64,000 bases of DNA from Epiperipatus broadwayi (lineage: Eukaryota > Animalia > Onychophora). This document shows, piece after piece, positions 54,901-64,000 of this stretch (position 1 is the stretch's first letter; every line of letters starts with the position of its first letter). The notes under the pieces were generated by a model, which saw only the letters and a program-made list of their open reading frames with translations, was not told the DNA's origin and did no database searches. A program made the translations under genes and the position numbers. Location of the stretch: assembly GCA_028023455.1 (NCBI GenBank), contig JAQFVV010000001.1, positions 10,354,001 through 10,418,000 on the forward strand, in the 5' to 3' direction.

Positions 54901-57370
54901 TTATAGTGTAGCATTGGAGAATAAAAAACTAGGTCAATTAGAGACTTATGCCTACCATTATTGAATGATACTGAATTGTTTGGTAAATAGCCCTCTCCAC
55001 TCATTAAAGGAAAACTCAGTCTATAAAATCATGCTTACAAAACTGGCATATGACATGTTGAACTCCCCCAATAACAGAGCAGGATATGGAGTGACTGCAA
55101 GAATTGTATTAATTTGTAATATTAATCTGTTAATAATAACAGGACCTGGAGGCATGTACACAAAAATTATGTTTAAGATGATTGTATTATGATGAAATGT
55201 AATTATCATCATATGAGGATGTCTATATACAATATGTTGAATGATTTAAACAGGCATCTATCCAATTAAGGTACCCATACCTAGTGATGATGCAGAGATG
55301 GTTTTTGAAAAAATAGAGAAAGCTGCTGGGTTAATCTGAGTACTATATATTTTCATTTCTAATAGGCCTAGTATGTGAGGATGAACTAAATTACACTATT
55401 TAGACAGTTGCAATAACTTTTTTACTGAATTAAGCCCCCTAATATTAAAAGCTCTGATATTTATTTTCATAATCAATTTTAATATTTAAATTACTACCAC
55501 CATTAACTTTACATAAAATGAATACACTTTTATTATTAATAGTCATTATGATAACCACTGTTTATTAAACAAATACATAGTTTTAACTAGAGCATAAAAT
55601 TATATACAAATATTATTTAATAATGTAAATTTGTATTATTTTTTTGTAAATCATGGTTTCATTATAATATTGGAAGCCCATTTAAAAGCCTAGTAGTTAC
55701 TTCATTTGAAACATTACTATGACCTGATACACCTATCTCATCTAAAATGTTTTCTTCTGATGATGAAAATTCAAGTTCATTTTCTATGTTTTGAGAAATT
55801 ACTTTTATTTTCATTTTTTTCTATTGAAGGTCTTGCATCATCTTCTTCACTCACAGGATAATAGGATTCTTTTTTTTTTCTCGCATATCTTTTTGTGAAA
55901 ATGACCTGGCCCATATCTATTACTTGACTTGATATTTTGAATAACTCAATTCTCAAGTAGTATCCATTATGAATCCCGTTATTTTGTTAATCGGTGCAGA
56001 CAAGACTATTACAGTATCATTCATTTTGTCATCAACACTTTCAGAAATAGGTACCAGCTCATAATTATTTTCTATTTCATTCATGTTTAATGTAACCAAA
56101 TAAATGTCTGGATTAATTATATCAAAATTTACTTCATTTTTACTTTGGGAATTCAACACATCTTTGTCCTCTTGTGCTTGACTAATTGATCTAGGGAATT
56201 GATGCTTTGAGATAGCTATCATATTACATTGTGGACACATAAACTTGGGGGAATTGTTAATGATGTGTCCATGTTGCTTACAATGAAAACATTGAGGCTT
56301 TAGGCATTGAATTGGTATATGTAACATTGCTTCCTGATGGGAAACCAGTGATGGTATGTAGGTTGGGTTTATATCTTTGTTTAATTTAACTTTAAATTCA
56401 AAGCTATTCCTGTAAATCGGTACAGGGGTATCTTTTAAAAACAATGGTTGAAAAGACATTACAGTTCCAGAGTCAGTAATCTCTGATTAGTGGTAAAGTT
56501 TAATTTGAATCCCTAGTGTTGATTTTGTGGAGGTGATTGGGAAATATAACTCATTTTTAGGTTCAATCTCAACCTTATCTTCTTTACATATAACTCTATG
56601 AAAATCACACCAACTAGTTATATTTTAAAGAAAGCCTCATCAGGTCATCAATACATTAGTTTGATCATAAATATATATTAAGGGAGCTAGAAACACTGTA
56701 TCCTTTAGTATAATGAAGGAGTAACATGATATTATTTTACATCTCCAATTTTTGAAATGATTACCTTCTAATATTATAAGACTAAAAATGTCATAGAAAT
56801 ATAATGCAAAATAAACATACACCTCCATAGAAATAGATATTTTCCATTTAATCTTAATAATCTAGCTAGATAAATAGCATATCCTCTTGTTCAATTTTAT
56901 TTAGATTATAAATATCAATCTTTTGTTGGTAATTTGGATAATCAATCTTCAATATCTGAATTGGAACCACCTCAAGTTATATACAGCTATCTCTCTGGTT
57001 CCATTTCTCAAACACTTCAGTTACAGTCAGTGTATCAACATATGTTTCAATGTATAAAGGCATTAGCCACTCTCTTAATACCAGAATTACCTTTTCGACC
57101 GTTTGTAAGAGTTTAAATTTTACACTTTACGATCGAGACGACTGTCACGTCAAGCAAAGAAGCCAATATCGACTCATTAATTAAGTCTACATTCCTGATC
57201 GAATACTGAGATTACCAATGGAATATTTCAGTATTATCTTTCCCGATCAGACGCTTCTTCGACTGCTGGATATTCATTCATAAGAATGATTTATTTAAAA
57301 TAATCCAGCGCTTGAAATATTTATAATTTTTGTGAGATTTAATATTATTGTACTATATCGACATGTGTAC
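51915..57370 (-). mobile_element. L1/Tx1-like LINE copy B, near full length and degenerate
   Basis: ORF1 with knuckle CFHCKQHGHIINNSP..CPQC; ORF2 APE AFNIRGL, IDLVFYS, ISDH; RT LDIISAFDMV; C-terminal CSLC..ETQPHIFF; 3' UTR homologous to copy A, ending AATAAA plus (TAA)n at about 51917-51950; 5' limit uncertain. Confidence 0.85.
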
Positions 57371-60300
57371 TTTTACTAGAATAAATGTCTACTTAGTATT
57401 TTATAAACCCTGTGGGTATATCATTATAATTAGTATGGTGGAAAAGGAAAGACGAGATGTAAGGAGCTATTCATAAATAAATATTGTTTAATATAATACA
57501 TTCATAAACATTAAAATATAATATTTCCACATAAAACAAGCAATCATTAAAATAACACAAATTATATTTAATTTAATTAACCCTTCACCTAAAATGATAA
57601 ATCTTTGATATTAAACATTTATCTGTAAATATTTTATAGCTTACAGTCTTTTATTACGTATTCTTTGATATAGAATAACTACTAATTATTTGGTTCATTC
57701 AGATTCACATTTGCAATTGCATTTTTTAAATTTATGTGGCCATTTACGAAAGTGTGTGCATGCATGTTATATTAAAGTTAATTACCTAGGTTTTCTGGAC
57801 GTTGACGAAGGAATTATTACCCATCATGTGGATTACTCCACTTCTTTTGTAGAGATGGAAATTCTTGGGATCCGGTGGGATTCTTTCTTGCAGCTTACTT
57901 AAGTCGTATTCTTGCGGCTTCAATGACAGGGAAGGTGAACCATCAGGCAGGCGCTATCTCTACTATTACTTCATGGGGAAGATGACTTTACACCCAAGGT
58001 GAGCGTGGATCAACTGGCATCTGTTTGTGGCCCCTTAGCCCTGCATTCTCAATGTTTCAACTTCTTGGTACATTTTTGTTCATTTATAAAACACAGCTCT
58101 CGAACTACTCTGTCTGTCAGCTCAGCAGACTCAAGAAGAACTAAAAACATGGTTCCTTCTTTTCAACTTTTTTCTTGGTAAATTGTCCCAGAATCCTTTT
58201 CTTATCTTCTTGATTGTTTTTGGAATGTCATTAATTACATTTCACACCTTTATTTTACTTTCATAAAATACATAAAATTTTCTTCTTGTTTTTTATTTAT
58301 TTATTTATTTTTATTTTATTTACTTCCATTTCTTTTTAATAACATAATTTTCTTATTTACACACTCTTTATTACCTTTACATAGCCATACATATATTTCA
58401 TGCAATCACATGTGTATTTTGAAGACATGATCTTTATCTTTTTTTTTTTATAAATCTATTTATTTTTATTCATAATTGCGACTGAAATTTATGATTGCTA
58501 ATTCTACAATCATTAACCCCTTTTTATTTATTTTTCCTTTAAGACTTAATCATCAACTTCGATGATCTTATTTTACTATTCCTTAAACTTTACTAATTTT
58601 AAATTCTAAAAAAGTTAACATTGGAAGGTGGAAGATAAGGATCTTGGTTGCTTACCTTCCTTCACTTTCTTTAATTACCATAATTGATTTTTTTTAATTA
58701 CTTGCATTCCTCAGCTACCATTTTGATTTTTTAATTAAAACTTAACTTAAAATAAATTTATTTTATTTTTCTAACTTTATTATCCAATTTCTATAACTTA
58801 GTTTACATAAAACTCACATTTAATATTATACTATATATTAAATGTACACATGTGTGATCGCAGTATGTGTGATCATCACAATATATATAATGGCTACTTC
58901 AAGGGTCTCAAAATTTTCACATTGGTAAATTCACAATAGTCTTGTCCATAATAAACAATTAAAAATAGTGGAAGTTATATTTGAAATAATATATATATAT
59001 ATGGGGGGGGGGGCACAAGATGTTGAAAGTAAATAAAAACCAGTTCCTACATTGCATGAGAATGGTGTAATGAATGTGATTAACTTATCAATATGAACAT
59101 GGAGATTTAGATATTGATACCTATACAAAAATAGACATATTCTTTAACTAAGATTTAAAGTATATATCTGAGCATAAGCAGATTATTTATTTTATACTAA
59201 TTTACATAATCTAAATTATTATCTGTCTGTTTTCTTAGAGTAAGATATAAAATTATATATATTTATCTATTTCATAATTGAGAAATTTAACATTATTATT
59301 ATTTATTACTGTTCAAGTATATAGTTCAAACCTTGATCAGGCATCTAAAATAATAATAAAAAATTTTGTTTAAATTTAATAATAAAAAATAATGTAATTT
59401 ATCATTACCTAGTAAGAGAATGCCAATGTCATATCAGTGGTTTTACCACTCATGTTGATAATAATGTACATTGAGAGGATCTGGTAACCCATTATATGTT
59501 GCTATTACATGCAATAAAACTGTTGTATATTTTTTGCCTTTGTTCATTTTTCATTTATGCATTTCACCAAGACAGCTAAATAGTACAATATCATAAATGA
59601 GTATCATGAACCTCACACTAGGGTTCAGTACTGACAAGATTCAAACTTGGTATGCTAGTGTTGTGGGTATCAAATATTATCACCAATCCAAACTAATAAA
59701 TTTTCTAGTCATCTCAGATATCATATCCATATGATGTGCAGGAAATATTATTGTTGTGGAATAAACACAATTAGCAATAGGTTTTGAAACTGGTATGCTC
59801 TTCATTATGCTCATTGTAAATGTTCACTTTGACTGGCTAAAGGTAGTCTGATCTAGTCCATCTCTTAGTATATGGTTATATATTGTTTCAAAAAGTTATA
59901 ATATGTAAAGTTAATCAAAAGGTTTTTGGTTATTGTAATTTTATTGCATATTATTTAAGAATCTTAATTAAAGAATATTAATTTTATCTATTAATTAAAT
60001 AGTTACATTGCAAAAATCAATTTAATTTTTTTATATATTTAAGCCAATTTATTTTTGATACAAAATACAAAAATAGTCAAATGATTTGTTGCTCAGGAGT
60101 TCATGTGCCATTTGAACACCTAAACTAACATATTGAGCTTTGATCTAAGAACCTATAGTTCTTTAGTTTATTATTCTACCTCTACAGTTTTAATTGTTGA
60201 ACTGCTTTTACTATGTTTTATTTTGTGACTTCAATGAAAAATATTTAGTTAGATCTAAAGTATCTTTTTAATTTTGAAAATCTTTTATCCTGACAATTCT

Positions 60301-61140
60301 ATTTCTCTTAAAATATCAAATAGTAACACTAGAAGCGAAAAATCTTTAGATGTAAAATCTTCCAATTAATGCATTTATGAAGTAAAGAAGACATAAAAAA
60401 ATGTATAGCAAAAGATTATAGTTTTCTTTGAAATATATTATTAATATGTATAAGAGGATTTCTTTTGACATTTTATAAAATAAATAAGTGCTCTTTCTTT
60501 AATTGGCATCTACATAATAAGCATTAAAAAAATGTATTGGAACTCTTACAACAAAGTTATTCTTTTAAATATTCATTCAATCAAAAAAAGTTTTCTTGCA
60601 ATTATAATGAAAGCAATAATTTTATAGATTCATATATATACATAAGTAAATATAGTGATGAAAAAACTAACAACTATAATAATCAAAATAAATAAAAAAA
60701 CAGAAAAAATTTGTTATTCTAAAATAATTTTCTTAAGTTTTTTTTTTATTCTGAGTTACACTTATGTATAATATAAAGATATTAAATACAGTGAAAAAAA
60801 AATTAACAAGAATATTAATTGAAATAAAAACAGAATTATTTTTTTTTACAGAATTATGTAATTTTAAGTCAATTTTTGCTTTAGGCATCTTTAATTTTGA
60901 ATTAAATTTATGAGTAATCTGTCAAATTAAACAAGTTTTATTACATATTTTCATTAATAAGTGCACAGTTTTTCTAATATTCCATTTAGTGGAAATGTTT
61001 TAAGAGCATGATCTGATTTTATGAAATTGATACAATTATAATACCATATTATATTTAGCTACTTCATCCATAAAAATTTCAAAAAGAACTATTTCAATGA
61101 AGGAAACACATATGTTAAATATTTATTTATAAAAATAAAT

Positions 61141-62728
61141 GGTTGTATTCTCATCCTTGGTGTTCGTCTTAAGATGGCGTTGATGCTAATCGAAAACATA
61201 TACATATAACGATTCCGGGCCGGACCTAAATGATCGATTTGATCTAAAAAGATCTGATTTCTTAGATTTGTAATAAAATATTCTACTAACTAATACTATT
61301 ATATGATGTTATTTTTTTTTCATTTTTGTAAATGTTTATTAATCTTATCTTGTTTTTGAGTTTGTGTGTCTTTAAAGTTACGGTGTCTTTCTAATTTTTT
61401 TTTGACTTTAAGTGTGTCTTTTTAAAGTTACGGTCTTTTTTTTTTTTTTTTTTGCAAGAGTAAATCAATACTTTTATTCAAAAGCAGGACTAAAAGTAAA
61501 ATGTTTTTTAATTTTTTTTTTTTTTTGAGTTGGGGGGGTTTTTTTTAAGTTGGGGGGTTTTTCAAATTTTTTTTTTTTGGTTGTTGGTTTTTTTATTAGG
61601 TTTTTTTAAAAATAAAATTTTGGTGGACCCGACTACTATTAGTAAGAACCGTCATTAAAAGACTCGATTGAAAAATGATACCCGACTTAATTTCCGTTCT
61701 CTTTTTTGGGGGGAGGGACAGTAATAAATCAGAAAGTGGGTTGTTTTTGTTAAGTCTGTCTATATAAAAAGGGTACCGTTATTGAAATACTAAATTTAAA
61801 AATGATAGCTGATTAATTTGCATTTCTTTTGACAGTAATTAATCAGAAAGTGGGTTTCTTTTTTTTTTTGGTAAATCTTATGTATATATAAAAACAAACA
61901 AACCGTAATTCAAAGACTCCATTGAAAAAAATCAAACCCCGTTGAATTTGCTTTTTTTTTTTTTTTTTTTAAAGACAGTAATTAATCAGGAACTGGGTTG
62001 TTTTTGTTAGTGTGTAGATATAAAAACTAATCTTATTTTGAAATAATAAATGTAACAAAACAAAAAAAAATAATAATACCCGACTAATTTTATTTTTCGG
62101 ATAAGTAATTCCTAATAATTAGACAGTGGGTTGTTTTTGTTTGTGCGTATATATATATAGCAAAAGTAACTGGTCATGGACGAATTCTCGCGAAAACGGT
62201 ACTTTTCGTGTGATCCTTTATTTTTTTTCCCTTTCGTACCTTTAAAAGCAATTTTTGAGGATTACCCCTTTGTAATGGAATCTTCAGGACATTATTACTA
62301 AACTTACAACAGTAAAGTAAGTTACAACCCATTAAAAAAAATAGACGTCTTATCAAATTTAAAAAAACTATGACTGCTTCAAAGACACACACTCTCACAC
62401 GAAACTACAGAGAAAATAGATATTCTACTATTACGAGAAAATGATGAACAAAATCGACTACTATGGCAGCCGATCAAGGCATTTCTTTCTCTTTGCTTTT
62501 AGCATAGAAAAAAAGCCATAACCGGCAGCCATCGGGAACTCTTTCTGTGTTTTATCATAGAAAGAAGTCTCTTTGTGTTGGCTTCTGTCGCCGCGCCTCC
62601 TCCGTCCAACATAACATGAGGACTTTTCTGCGTTTATAACGTAGAAAAATTCCTCTTTGGCTGGGTGAAGGCTGATGAAATGGTATATTTCTAGGAATAA
62701 GGCGAACACCAAGGATGAGAAAACAACC
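61141..62728. mobile_element. Non-autonomous DNA transposon with 31 bp TIR GGTTGT(A/T)TTCTCATCCTTGGTGTTCG(T/C)CTTA and 8 bp TSD (Merlin- or MULE-like)
   Basis: TIR with two mismatches; TSD AAATAAAT at 61133-61140 and 62729-62736; internal tandem repeats; CpG-rich right part. Confidence 0.9.
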
Positions 62729-62955
62729 AAATAAATTCACCCTCTCGAATACATAAACTAATAAGAGAATATGTTTTTACTTTTTTTGTTGTTAGAAGTT
62801 GATTAAAAATTATTACTTTAAATAAATTAAGTCATAGCATATTACACAAGGAAAAACTAAATGTCTTCAATGACACTTTTGTCTATTTTTGTCAATATTC
62901 ACAATTTCAATAAAAAAACTTAATAACAAACATTGTTTGAGAAATATAATCTTAC

Positions 62956-63015
62956 ATGTTCATCTAGGTTTGAAAGATTATCTTCATCTTCAAGTGTAAA
63001 ATGGTTAGTTAATAG
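62956..63015 (-). CDS. PDE2A: Host gene exon (phase 0-0), LLTNHFTLEDEDNLSNLDEH; N-terminal region of PDE2-like cGMP-stimulated phosphodiesterase
   Basis: Acceptor (T)n-gtag and donor cat|gtaaga; 60 bp open frame; joins in frame to the 39956-40037 exon; resembles the recalled PDE2A segment LSDNEEWSLQAVEKH. Confidence 0.7.
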
Positions 63016-64000
63016 CTACAAAAAAAAAAAAAAAACATAACTGAAAAAAAATTCTGCATCATAATATCACCAATTAAACAATGTATTTATTCTTTTTCAT
63101 TTGGAAATAATAAACCATAAATGTATATAAAATTAAGTACAGAAATCATACTAAAATATAATAACATTTATATGATTATATATTGATATATGTTAAAGTG
63201 CAGTTTTTCAGGAAGCAACAAATTTAAAAGAGTATTATTTGAGTTCATCTATGTGTAGCAATAGTATTGTTAATTGCCCATGCATAATGTTGAATAATAT
63301 ACCTTATATATATTTGAAACAAAGATAAGTTTAGAAAAAAAAAAATTGGATTTCACCATTAAATAGATCTTTCCCAGAAATAAAAATATCTCCAAATAAG
63401 AATATGAAAAGTTTGAAAATCTTTTTCAAAGATTCCTCTTATTACTAATCCCATAAGAACAGTACTCTTGATATTTTATTTAATCAAACATCTTGCAAAT
63501 TGAATACAATATTTTTCAATAAAACCTCAGATCATTGCTTTATTTTTCTCATATATTCAGGATTAGATCAATGAATAACTTTTTAGGAATGTTGTCTAGA
63601 AATATTTAAATTTGTGATAAAAATACTCTAAAGACAATTTCTCTTGCAGTAATATATTCTACTAATAAATAGTGTCTCCAAGTAAACAAAAACACTCACA
63701 TTATACTTCTGAATATTCAACTAAATATTAAATATTATAAAAAAATATTGTAAGCCCATTTAAATCCACCTTATTTTACTAGTTTTTTTTTATCCTTTCA
63801 CATACTTCTCCACTTAACATAAGAATACAAATTGCATTACAAAAAAATGTATAAAAATATATTATGTAAATCAGAGTTACCATTGACCTAAGATAAACTT
63901 TCACCACCTATATATGATATGTTTCAAATTTAAGTCTCCCTTTCAAAATTCTCACTTAAAAATTCCTTTAATTGACCAAAGAATTATGAGTGCAATAATT

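Noticed and set aside
57215-57280. Hammerhead-like string on the minus strand (CGAAGA...GAAA)
   Set aside because: No CUGA core, no stem II and no NUH triplet.
57577-57583. TTAACCC as a piggyBac left end
   Set aside because: No matching GGGTTAA end with a TIR nearby.

Overview
This is very AT-rich, CpG-depleted eukaryotic DNA, probably from an invertebrate or arthropod. It is almost entirely intronic. Four short minus-strand exons (62956-63015, 39956-40037, 23741-23793, 3431-3505) have strong splice sites and compatible phases. They splice into a peptide matching the start of the GAF-A region of a cGMP-stimulated phosphodiesterase (PDE2A-like). The three 16-23 kb introns are filled with transposable elements. 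The largest is a young 11.4 kb Gypsy LTR retrotransposon (5025-16413; 2.73 kb LTRs about 98.6% identical; ATAA target-site duplication, TSD) inserted in the spacer of a foldback MITE. The others are two head-to-tail L1/Tx1-like LINEs, RTE, CR1/L2, Penelope, Mag-Gypsy and piggyBac remnants, several MITEs, and two CpG-rich DNA transposons with GGTTGT termini. Four signals stand out. (1) In the Gypsy element the tRNA-Lys primer-binding site (PBS) lies 670 bp inside the TSD-defined LTR and the strong polypurine tract (PPT) lies 195 bp inside, and splice signals bracket the LTR. (2) A type I hammerhead ribozyme with an intact core sits in a foldback element whose gene-sense twin has lost its catalytic guanines. 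(3) Differences between the two LTRs are dominated by CpG decay. (4) The two L1/Tx1 copies are joined head to tail. All alignments, counts and family assignments were made by eye and from memory, with no database searches. No tRNA, rRNA or CRISPR features were seen.
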